Shown: positions 20,716 through 36,807 of the stretch, one piece after another
How positions within the stretch are numbered: position 1 is the first letter of the stretch
How the letters are laid out: the number at the start of each line of letters is the position of its first letter
Assembly (NCBI GenBank): GCA_963828525.1
Contig: CAWHEP010000005.1
Span: 1-64,000, forward strand
Direction of reading: 5' to 3'
Length of the DNA stretch: 64,000 nt
Origin: an uncultured Verrucomicrobiae bacterium
GTDB taxonomy: Bacteria > Verrucomicrobiota > Verrucomicrobiia > Chthoniobacterales > Chthoniobacteraceae
Translations under genes and position numbers: made by a program
The notes under the pieces: model-generated
Databases searched by the model: none
Told to the model about the DNA's origin: nothing
What the model saw: the letters and a program-made list of their open reading frames with translations, nothing else

Positions 20716-21033
20716 GTTTGAGTTCAGCGGCTTTGGGGAGCAGAGCGCCAACACCAATCCGGTTCGCGCTATTTAACCGCGCCAAACCGAGAGCGCTTTA
20801 GGTTTCTTACGACGAGCGGCGCAAGGAGCCAAGGTTTTCGTGCGGAAGTCCGGATGGAAGGACCTTGGGTTTGAGACAGGGCGGGTTCTCTCAAATGCGA
20901 GAGGTTTCAGCTCACATTCGAGAAATCTCGATGAGAAAGTTATGGTAAATATGGATAACGTCACCAATTAAGATGTTTAGCGCACGGAGTGGCACGCTCA
21001 TAGCTTATGGAGATTATAGAAAATCTCACTGTT

Positions 21034-21606
21034 ATGATCAAACATGCTCTCCTTTCTCTCGCCGCTCTCTTCCTGACTTTCGCCGCTCAGGCTGCCGTTG
21101 ATTTCGGCGCTCCCACGCCTTCGACCCCTTACGATCCCTATCTTTCCCCGGTTAAACATGTCCTCACTCACCTTGGGGCCAATGAACCCTCCATGCAGCG
21201 CGTTCGTGAGCTGATGCACGTCGGTCGCGGCTTTCGCTACTCTTTCACTACTCCCTACACCGCGGCGACTCCCGAAGTAACTGCCGCCACTCATGCGGGC
21301 GACTGCAAGGCGAAGGCCCTGTGGCTGGCCGCGCAATTGAATGACTCAGCCGTCCGCTTCGTGATCGGCAAGGCTCGGTCGAGCTCCCGCGTCAGTCATG
21401 CCTGGCTGCTGTGGCAGCAGGATGCCGGTCACTCCTGGATCCTCGATTGCACAAACACCAGCGAGCCAATCCTCGCGGAGCGCATCAACAGCAACCGGGA
21501 ATACATCCCCATTTATTCCTTCGACAAGCGCGGGTCTTATCGCCATGGCCAGGTTGCCTACGCGTCGAATTCCAACCGCGCCCCGGTCGCGCAGGCTGCG
21601 CGCTAA
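21034..21606 (+). CDS. Secreted transglutaminase-like cysteine peptidase
   Basis: Signal peptide; GDCKAK, HAWL, WILD suggest a Cys-His-Asp triad. Confidence 0.7.
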   Translation: MIKHALLSLAALFLTFAAQAAVDFGAPTPSTPYDPYLSPVKHVLTHLGANEPSMQRVRELMHVGRGFRYSFTTPYTAATPEVTAATHAGDCKAKALWLAAQLNDSAVRFVIGKARSSSRVSHAWLLWQQDAGHSWILDCTNTSEPILAERINSNREYIPIYSFDKRGSYRHGQVAYASNSNRAPVAQAAR

Positions 21607-21636
21607 ACTTTCAGATTCTCCTTGGGCTGGCTGAGA

Positions 21637-21668
21637 GCGCCCGGACTGCTTGCGGTCCGGGCGTTTTT
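21637..21668 (+). terminator. Rho-independent terminator
   Basis: GCGCCCGGAC / GTCCGGGCGT stem followed by a T-run, between convergent genes. Confidence 0.75.
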
Positions 21669-21669
21669 G

Positions 21670-22560
21670 CTACCCTGACACCCGCTGCGTCCTGGCATCC
21701 AGCCACGCCAGCACCTCGTTCAGGACTTGCTCGCGTCCGATGTCGTTATGCGTCTCATGCAACGTGTCGGGATATACCTTCATCGTTTTGTCCCGGGACG
21801 CGGCATGACTGAAAAACTCCTGCGTCGCGGTGATCGAAGTGATGGGATCATCTGCCCCATGCAATAGCAGAAGCGGCTGCGTGAAATGACCGGCCGCCTT
21901 CAAAGCCCGGCGCGCTCCCCGGGTCAGTTCTGAATACATACGGGCCGACATCTTCTTATGCACCAGATTCATGTCCTTCATTGAACGCAAAAACTCCTTG
22001 TCCCGCGAAAGGCGTGAATCATCCAGACCTGAGGTCTGTGTCATCGAAGGGTGAATTTTCAGGGCAACTTTCGCCAGCAGGAGCTTTATTGGGTTGGGAC
22101 GAAACACAAGAGCCAGCCATGGAGAAGCCACAATGGCGCCGCTCACCACCCGCTTATCTTCCACGATGGAATTCAGGATGATCTGACCTCCCAGGCTGTG
22201 GCCGTAGAAGAATGTAGGAATGCCCGCTCGCGTGTAATGCCGCGTGGTAGCCTCAACATCGTTTAGCAGGATGTCATAACTCACTATATCTCCCCGCTTG
22301 CCCGAGGAGCGCCCATGCCCTCGCAAATCGTAAGCGCACACCCTGTAGCCATGCGCCGCCAGGAACTCGCCCACATGCAGATACCGGCCCGAATGCTCGC
22401 CCATCCCATGCGTGAGCAGGATGTCTCCCTTCAGCTCGCAACGCGGCTCGATCCACCGCAGGAAGAGGAAGTTATCCTTGGGACGCGGAAGAAAGGCCTC
22501 GCGCCATAGCGGCGCCGCCTTCCTTTTTTCGGCGGGTGTCCCGGTCTCGTCGCTGCTCAT
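21670..22560 (-). CDS. Alpha/beta hydrolase (lysophospholipase/monoacylglycerol lipase)
   Basis: HGMGEHSGRY, DLRGHGRS, GHSLGG, HGADD, HE. Confidence 0.9.
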   Translation of the reverse strand: MSSDETGTPAEKRKAAPLWREAFLPRPKDNFLFLRWIEPRCELKGDILLTHGMGEHSGRYLHVGEFLAAHGYRVCAYDLRGHGRSSGKRGDIVSYDILLNDVEATTRHYTRAGIPTFFYGHSLGGQIILNSIVEDKRVVSGAIVASPWLALVFRPNPIKLLLAKVALKIHPSMTQTSGLDDSRLSRDKEFLRSMKDMNLVHKKMSARMYSELTRGARRALKAAGHFTQPLLLLHGADDPITSITATQEFFSHAASRDKTMKVYPDTLHETHNDIGREQVLNEVLAWLDARTQRVSG

Positions 22561-22677
22561 TATGCGCTATGAACCTGCTACCCTTGGAGGGAAGCGCGCT
22601 CGGGTTCCGGCAGTCACGTCCGAGGGAAATGTGTTGTGTTCGCCTCGTTGCCCGGTAAATTGCACACCAACGCTCAA

Positions 22678-23406
22678 ATGTCGTTTTCCCCTCGTTCTTC
22701 GCTGGCATCCCTTCGAGCTTTCACGCTTGTTGAACTGCTGACCGTCATCATCATCATCGCGATTCTCATGGGCCTTTTGCTGCCCGCCGTCAACCAGGTT
22801 CGCATCCAAGCGAATAAAACGAAAGCAAAGACGGAGGCCATCGCCCTGGTCAGCGCCGTAAAAGGATTTTACGCCGAATACGGCAAGTACCCCAGCGATC
22901 CAAAAAGCACTCCGCCGACGACCGATCAAGTCATTGGGCCGAATAACGGCGGCCTCATCGACGTTCTTCGGGCCACCCAGGTGAACCCTTCTTCATGGAA
23001 CACCGGCACCATCGGCAGCGCGACCCCTCCACAAAACTCCCGCGGCGTCGTTTATCTAGACGTCCCGCTTGTGAAGAACCCCGCGATCCCGAAAGGCGGC
23101 ATTGCGACCGCGGCGGCGAACACCAATGGGATAGCGGTCGCCGTAGGAGACTACGTGGATCCTTTCGGTCTCGGCTACTTCATCGCGTTGGATTATAACT
23201 ACAACAACTTCATTGACACCGACACCCTCGCGGTATTTCCATGGACCGATGTCAAGACGAGGTATACCGGCACAGGCATCTCTGGAGGTGCCATGGCATG
23301 GTCCTACGGCCCTGACAACCAGCCAGGAACGCAGGGGAACAACATCCTAAACGCGGATTCCACGAAAAACATACCGGCCGCCGACGACATCGTGACTTTC
23401 CAGTGA
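22678..23406 (+). CDS. Prepilin-type N-terminal cleavage/methylation protein (pilin/pseudopilin)
   Basis: RAFTLVELLTVIIIIAILMGLLLP; DPFG; WSYGPD. Confidence 0.9.
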   Translation: MSFSPRSSLASLRAFTLVELLTVIIIIAILMGLLLPAVNQVRIQANKTKAKTEAIALVSAVKGFYAEYGKYPSDPKSTPPTTDQVIGPNNGGLIDVLRATQVNPSSWNTGTIGSATPPQNSRGVVYLDVPLVKNPAIPKGGIATAAANTNGIAVAVGDYVDPFGLGYFIALDYNYNNFIDTDTLAVFPWTDVKTRYTGTGISGGAMAWSYGPDNQPGTQGNNILNADSTKNIPAADDIVTFQ

Positions 23407-23418
23407 ACAGATTCTGAT

Positions 23419-23489
23419 GCGGGTGTAGTTCAATGGTAGAACGCCAGCTTCCCAAGCTGGACACGAGGGTTCGATTCCCTTCACCCGCT
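23419..23489 (+). tRNA. tRNA-Gly (anticodon CCC), CCA not encoded
   Basis: GCGGGTG/CACCCGC acceptor stem, anticodon arm CCAGC-TTCCCAA-GCTGG, GGTTCGATTCC T-arm. Confidence 0.95.
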
Positions 23490-23495
23490 CCCTGA

Positions 23496-24725
23496 TTATC
23501 AGGCGAATCTCGCGGCAATTCGCTTTACACAGTCGCTTACTATCACGCCGGAAAGCGCGTCCGAAAAGTTTTCGCGGATTTGAAAACGGCACGGGAGGAG
23601 GCGAGGGCAAAAGCGCAGATGTTGCAGACCGGCGAAATGCAGGCATTGACCCTCACCGACAAGGACAAAGCCGCCTATGTCGCCGCCCTGGATTTACTGA
23701 GGCCGACTGGCAAGCGGCTGGAAATTGCCGCTGCCGAATATGTCGACGCGATCAAAACCCTGAACGGTAGCGGAGCGCTCACGGATGCCGTCAGTTTTTA
23801 CATCCGGCATCATTCGAGGGAAGTTCCCAAAAAACTCGTTGTGGATTTGGTTTCCGATATGATCGAAGCCAAGGGGGCAGACGGCGCGAGCCAGCTTTAC
23901 TTGAAAGATTTGCGGTTGCGCCTGGCGCAATTCGCGAGCCGGTTCAATGGCTTCATCGGAAACATCACCAGTTCCGAAATCGACGACTGGCTGCGCGGGC
24001 TGGCTGTCGGTGCGCGCACGCGCAACAACCTCCGCAATTCCATCGTCACGTTGTTCCGCTTTGCAAAATCCCGCGGCTATTTGCCCAAGGATCGCCTGAC
24101 CGAAGCTGACGGGTTAGCCAGAGCGAAGGAACGGCGAAATGAAATCGGCATCCTGACGCCGAAGCAGATGGCTCAATTGCTTGCGGCAGCCGATTTCGAT
24201 TTGGTTCCGTTCTTTGCGATTGGCGCGTTCGCCGGGCTGCGGCATTGGGAAATGCTGCGCCTGACCTGGGCGGACATCAATTTTGAAGAGGGACACATTT
24301 TGGTGGCGGCGGAAAAGGCGAAAACCGCTCAACGGCGAATCGTTCCCATTCTGCCGAATCTCGTTGCGTGGCTGGCGCCGCATCGCAAACAAAACGGTCG
24401 CATTTGTCCGTATGAGCGCATGACCACTTCCATGAACGCGCTGACGAAGGAGGTCGGCATCGAGTGGCCAAAGAATGGTCTGCGCCACAGTTTCGGCTCA
24501 TATCGGCTGGCTCAAACCAAAAACGCCGCGCAGGTCAGTTTGGAGATGGGCAATTCGCCGCGCATGGTGTTTCAGCATTACCGCGAGGTGGTGACGGAAA
24601 AACAGTCTCAGCAATGGTTTGCTATTCTGCCGGAACAGGCAGCCAATATCGTTTCCATCGCAGGACTTCAACGTGGCCGACTTGCAAAAAGTGCTGACGC
24701 CCACGCCGGAGCACCGGAAGCGTGA
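23496..24725 (+). mobile_element. Tyrosine recombinase/integrase; frame open back to 23496, first possible start TTG at 23580
   Basis: FAGLR, AKT, NGLRHSF, MGNS, HYRE catalytic pattern; immediately downstream of the tRNA. Confidence 0.9.
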
Positions 24726-24847
24726 ATCATCCATGGAACCCTGTCCGCCGCTTTTACCGAAAGCGAATGTTGCTCGGAGACGGATCGTGCAGCCGCCCCG
24801 CGAGGTGACAGCCGCGCCGGACGACATAGGTTTCCGCTTTTTCAAAG

Positions 24848-25108
24848 ATGTCTTCGTCAATCCTTACTTCTGCTGGTCATACCGGGCATTCCGCCGAGGT
24901 GAAAATGCACCTGCGACTCGATGGGCAGACTCTTTCCGTTGGCCAGCTTGGCCCCGATTTTCTCATTCTGGATACAGTCATCGACTACCCGCCGGCGAGC
25001 GGCCGTCTCTTCTTCGCCGTGGACGGCAACGAGCGCGAGTGGGACATCCGTCTGCCGGAAGGCATCTCGGCCGGGTCGAGGCGGGTCCTCATCGCGAAGG
25101 TAGGGTAG
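24848..25108 (+). CDS. Small hypothetical protein
   Basis: 86-aa ORF with protein-like composition and GC3-rich codons. Confidence 0.55.
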   Translation: MSSSILTSAGHTGHSAEVKMHLRLDGQTLSVGQLGPDFLILDTVIDYPPASGRLFFAVDGNEREWDIRLPEGISAGSRRVLIAKVG

Positions 25109-25143
25109 TCGGGAAACACACCGGGGCTGCGTTCGCAACCCCG

Positions 25144-25252
25144 TGCGCAACGGGGCCGCGATCCAGAGACCGCGGAGAGTTGGCATTAGAACGTCACAAA
25201 TCGCGTCGCTGATCATGCTTCAATGGGGCCGCGGTCGTGAGACTGCGGAAGT
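25144..25252 (-). CRISPR. Mini-array 1: two divergent type I-G-like 36-nt repeats and one 36-37-nt spacer
   Basis: Repeat 25217-25252 (minus: ACTTCCGCAGTCTCACGACCGCGGCCCCATTGAAGC); degenerate copy 25144-25179; spacer 25180-25216. Confidence 0.85.
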
Positions 25253-25287
25253 TCCTATTGTGCTGGAGGACTCCAAGCACTGCGGCG

Positions 25288-25374
25288 ACCCTACAGGAGC
25301 AGATCGAAGTGTCAATTTATGATAAGCGAAGCGATAAATGTTTATTGACTCTCAGCAGATCGGCATTTAAGGCT
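25288..25374. promoter_or_regulatory. Candidate divergent sigma70 promoters (mini-array 1 leftward, cas operon rightward) containing the spacer-1 target
   Basis: Minus strand: TTGACA (25315-25310), 16 nt, TAGGGT (25293-25288). Plus strand: TTGACT (25345-25350), with only a weak -10 candidate (TAAGGC, 25368). Confidence 0.6.
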
Positions 25375-25445
25375 CCTCTATGCCAACGAGTGCGCCATCC
25401 TACTCAGAGGACTTCCACCTGCGGTTTCCGACCGCTTTCAGCGCC

Positions 25446-25959
25446 ATGCCTAAATCCGTCCCCATCCCCATCCTGCACCTCCGCGGTCTTCCGGTGCTCA
25501 TCGATGCCGGTCTGGCCCGCCTCTACGGCGTCCCCACCAAACGGCTGAACGAACAGGTACGGAGAAATTGCGACCGCTTGCCTGCCGATTTCCTTTTTGA
25601 ACTTTCTCCGGAGGAAAAGGCCGAGGTGGTCGCAAATTGCGACCACCTCCAAAAACCTCAAGTTCTCGAAAGTCCGCCCGCACGCCTTCACCGAGCACGG
25701 TGCCTTGATGGCAGCCAATGTCCTCAACAGCGTGGAGGCGGTGAAAATGAGCGTCTTCATCATCCCCGCCTTCATCAAACAGCGCGAAGCCCTCTCGGCC
25801 AACGCGACCATCCTCAAGCGCCTCGCCGAGATCGACAAAACGCTGCTCCTCCACGACTCCGCCCTGCGCGACCTCTACCAAAAACTCCTTCCGCTGCTGC
25901 AACCTCCGCCGGACAACCCCCGTCCGCGCATCGGCTTCGGAAAGCAGGACGACCGATGA
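25446..25959 (+). CDS. ORF6N-domain DNA-binding protein, one frameshift in an A-run near 25652
   Basis: LARLYGVPTKRLNEQVRRN, DFLFELS, then PHAFTEHGALMAANVLNS and C-terminal RIGF in the second frame. Confidence 0.85.
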
Positions 25960-26057
25960 CGGTCGAATTACTCATTCGCGCAAAAAGGAATGCGGTATCC
26001 CTGCGGATGTCCTACCCCATTTGAGAAGCTGAGCGGCGAAACCAGCAATCGGCAGGA

Positions 26058-28794
<2,737 letters not shown>

Positions 28795-29005
28795 CGAGCG
28801 GCTTTGCCTCCCCCGCCTCGATTTCCTTCAGAGCATCGCGCCAAGCCGGATCGAGTCCGCCAGCTTTCACATCGGCTTCGAACTCTCGATCTAATGCGTC
28901 TTCGCGACGCTCGGCAATCCAACGCGCCAAACTCTCGAATTGCTCTGCTGGGAGCGATTGGATGGCTTCTTCGATTTCGGGCAGTGAACTCACGACTCTT
29001 AATAA

Positions 29006-29050
29006 GCTTCAATCGGGCCGCGAATGCAAGACTTGCGGCCCGACTGAAGC
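29006..29050. repeat. Inverted repeat whose two arms both resemble the type I-G repeat end
   Basis: GCTTCAATCGGGCCGCGA-9 nt-TTGCGGCCCGACTGAAGC; 16 of 18 positions Watson-Crick complementary. Confidence 0.75.
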
Positions 29051-29160
29051 AGGATGGGGCCGCGGGCGTTAGCCCGCGGAAACGTAGAAGGCTCCCAAAG
29101 GCATCTATCGACCTAGACATCTTCAACGGGGCTACCAATTGTTTTGAACATCGGCAGATT
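29048..29160 (-). CRISPR. Mini-array 2: divergent I-G-like repeats with one 36-nt spacer
   Basis: Repeat 29048-29083 (plus: AGCAGGATGGGGCCGCGGGCGTTAGCCCGCGGAAAC); spacer 29084-29119; pseudo-repeat 29120-29160 (minus: extended hairpin then CCCCGTTGAAGA). Confidence 0.7.
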
Positions 29161-29244
29161 CTCCAAAGTTTTGGTTGCATAACTTCTGTCTCGTTATCAT
29201 AGATTCTTTATGGAGCCAGAGGAATATCACCTTTTTTTGAACTT

Positions 29245-33948
<4,704 letters not shown>

Positions 33949-33975
33949 AAAGCAGGCAGCAAATAGGAGACTGCC

Positions 33976-34818
33976 ATGCGTGAAAGAAATCGTTCGGGAC
34001 GCGGAGCGCGTCGCCGCTCAGGCGGAGACGGCGAGCCGGATTTGTTTGCGAAGCAGCTTTCCGAAGTCGTGCAGCAGGCGTTTGCCGCGACGGGTGGCGA
34101 GGCCGGGGTGGTCGGGGCAACAGTCCCACCCGAAGCGCCCGTCGAAGATCGAGTCGATCTCCCGCCGGTGGACGCACCGGACGGGCCGGTGGAGGTCGTG
34201 GTGGTGCAGGATGCGGAAGCGGAAGCGATCGGGGAGGAGGACGATGCGCCGAAAGTGGAGCAGCGGGCGGAATCGCTCCCGGCGCGGATGCTGAACGAGT
34301 TCGTCTATTGTCCGCGGCTTTTTTACTACGAGCATGTCGAAGGGGTCTTCGTGGAAAGCGCGGACACGGTGAAGGGGGCGGCGGTGCATGCGCGGGTGGA
34401 CAAGGGCAAGGGAGCGTTGCCGCAAGCGACGAGCGCGTCGGGCGAGGGAGATGAGGCGAAGCCCGTGGCCGACGGAGACGAGATTCATTCGCGCTCGGTG
34501 ATGCTCGGTTCGGAGCGGCTCGGGGTGGTGGCGAAGATGGATCTCGTGGAGGCGACATTGAGCCGGGGTGGGAGTGTCGCGGCGGTGCAGCCGGTGGATT
34601 ACAAAGTGGGTGCGCCGCGCGAAGGTGCGGACGGGCTGGAGCTGTGGGATGCGGACAAGATGCAGCTCGGGCTGCAATGCCTGGTGCTGCGGGACAATGG
34701 TTACACCTGCGATACGGGGATCATTTACTACCGCAAGACGAAGCAACGCGTGCCGCTGGAGTTGACGCCGGAGCTGGAGGCGTGGGTCATTTCCAAAGAA
34801 GTTTTGAGCCATCCCTGA
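33976..34818 (+). pseudogene. cas4: Cas4, C-terminally truncated (probably the remnant of a cas4-cas1 fusion)
   Basis: RMLNEFVYCPRLFY, AKMDLVE, PVDYK, QL; ends before the three C-terminal Fe-S cysteines; no Cas1 domain follows. Confidence 0.8.
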
Positions 34819-34842
34819 GCAAGTCCGCAGTAAGAAGGAGTT

Positions 34843-35412
34843 TCATGGGATGGAAAAATGGCCAAGCTGAAGTCCCGCGCCGTCGATCAGATCGTGGAGG
34901 TTTTTGCTGCGCGTTTCCCTCAACATCGCCATGAGAACTCTTCCCGCCGCCTCGGCATCTTCTCCAGCATTGTGATGGTGAAATTCATGACCGAGGCGCG
35001 CCGCGAGCAGGGCGAGGTTGTGGACGGAGAGGGCCGGCCAGGGTCGGCGACTTGCCCAGCGGGTGCAGAGATAGTCGAACTCTGGATATGGCAGCTCGAA
35101 ATGGCGGAGCACGCCTGCCAGCTTCCTCATGTCGAACGAGGCGTTGTGGGCGACGACCAACTCCGCCCGGCTGAGGTATTCGAGAATCTCCGGCGCGATG
35201 CCAGGAAACTCGGGTTGGTCGCGCACGTCAAACCAAGTGATGCCGTGGCATTCGATAAAGTCCTCACGAAACCACCCATGCCCTTTCGGGGGACGCACCA
35301 GCCAGTGGCGCGTTTCCGTCAGTTCGCCATCATCGAAGACAGCGACACCTGCGGCGCAGATGCTTGCATCCGAGTAGTTGGCCGTCTCAAAGTCAATGCT
35401 GGTAACTATCAT
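34843..35412 (-). CDS. DEDDh 3'-5' exonuclease (DnaQ-like)
   Basis: IDFET, AHNASFD, HHNAGEDA. Confidence 0.9.
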   Translation of the reverse strand: MIVTSIDFETANYSDASICAAGVAVFDDGELTETRHWLVRPPKGHGWFREDFIECHGITWFDVRDQPEFPGIAPEILEYLSRAELVVAHNASFDMRKLAGVLRHFELPYPEFDYLCTRWASRRPWPALSVHNLALLAARLGHEFHHHNAGEDAEAAGRVLMAMLRETRSKNLHDLIDGAGLQLGHFSIP

Positions 35413-35752
35413 CGCGTCCGTTCGAAGTGAGCAATCGTGCCTAAACCTATTCGGATGGAGGCTCTGGACCGGGGTGTGAGGTCGCGGTCAACCAAGTCAT
35501 CTGTTTGTAACTTCCAGATCAAAATCATAGTTAGGGTCACTGAAGCGAATTTCGACCCGGCAATTTTCTTTGTATCTGAATTTACGGCCGAGTTGATCTA
35601 ACTTTTGCTTCAGTCTGCCTATTTCGCGTCTTTTTTTGGATCTTTTTTCGCGTCTTTTTCCGCCTCCAATTGCTCAATGCGAGAATGAAGCTTCAGCCCA
35701 GTAGTCTTATTGTTGTCTTCAACGACCACTGAGGGGAACTCCTTGAGAATTG

Positions 35753-35878
35753 CTCACGCCGATCTCGCTCGCTGACTCGAGCGGCTTTCGCAGTTCCGAA
35801 CTCCGCGAACTGCACAATTTGATTGAGCGTCACCGCGAATCGTTTATCGTCGCTTGGGATGAGTACTTTAGCGACTAA
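35753..35878 (+). pseudogene. 3' remnant of a DUF4160-like gene
   Basis: Manual translation LTPISLADSSGFRSSELRELHNLIERHRESFIVAWDEYFSD*; no start; overlaps the downstream DUF2442-like gene. Confidence 0.55.
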
Positions 35879-36098
35879 ACCTGTTGCAGATGCCGTCGAC
35901 GTTTCGTTCACGGACGACGAACTCATCGTCACGCTCGCCGACGCTCGTCGCGTTCAGCTCCGCTAGAATGGTTTCCTCGATTGTTGCGCGCAACGCCCGC
36001 GCAACGCGCTAATTGGCGGTTCATCGGCCGGTGGAGTTGGAGTCCACTGGGAGGACGTTGATGAAGACATCTCCGTGCGGAGTCTTTTGGCAATCTGA
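35859..36098 (+). pseudogene. DUF2442-like protein with compensating frameshifts
   Basis: Manual translation: DVSFTDDELIVTLAD..PLEWFPRLLRATPAQRANW..GVHWEDVDEDISV. Confidence 0.7.
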
Positions 36099-36807
36099 TA
36101 TCTTGGTGGCGGTCAGGGTCTGCGCGGTGCTCTATGCTGCTTTGCCCTCCGTGTAGTTGCTGTGGAGCGCAGGCAAGGTCGGTCTTGCGTGCCCCTCGTG
36201 TTACAAACGCGCTCCAGCGACAGACGCAGGCGGTGTAAGTGAGCCAGCGGCCTCATTACCCTTGATCTCGCGGACACCTCGACGCGTTACGCGCCAGGCA
36301 GCCGGCTGGCCTGGCTTACCCGAGCGAACTCACATCACGGAGTTCTTTGTTCTTTGGACCCATCACGCTTAACCTGGCCGCCCTCCGGCGCTGAGCGTGG
36401 CTTCGTTAGGCAACAGTGCGCATACACTCCACTATGACTAAAATTTTCTTCAGATTACTCGGAACAGTGACTCGTCCTTGGCGGAATACCACTTCGACTC
36501 CACCCCAGAGTCGTTCTGCCTGCTGGAAGCATGGTATACAGTGGAAACTTCGCGTCCTCCGAATACGGTCAGTTATTTTACGGCTTTGCCGATCTGATGA
36601 CAATTGCAGTCGCATCTGGCGTGCTGCTGCTAGTTCTGTCTTTCACCACACTCACGGACCCATCTAAGAAATAGCTCATCATAGTTCCGCGAGAGGCTTT
36701 CTATACCTCGCAGAGATAGATTACGCGAGCCTCCATCCCTAACAGCAACGCGAATCGGCCCTGATTCCTTCTCAGTGAGCGTGCTCCCTGCAGCTCACGG
36801 ACCGAAC

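Noticed and set aside
28958..29005. A third spacer following the ATTGAAGC end of the double-headed hairpin
   Set aside because: It runs into the antitoxin coding sequence, has no downstream repeat, and I found no PAM-flanked match by eye
35622..35660. Short direct repeat TTTCGCGTCTTTTT (two copies)
   Set aside because: Only two short copies; explained by Lys-rich coding sequence on the minus strand
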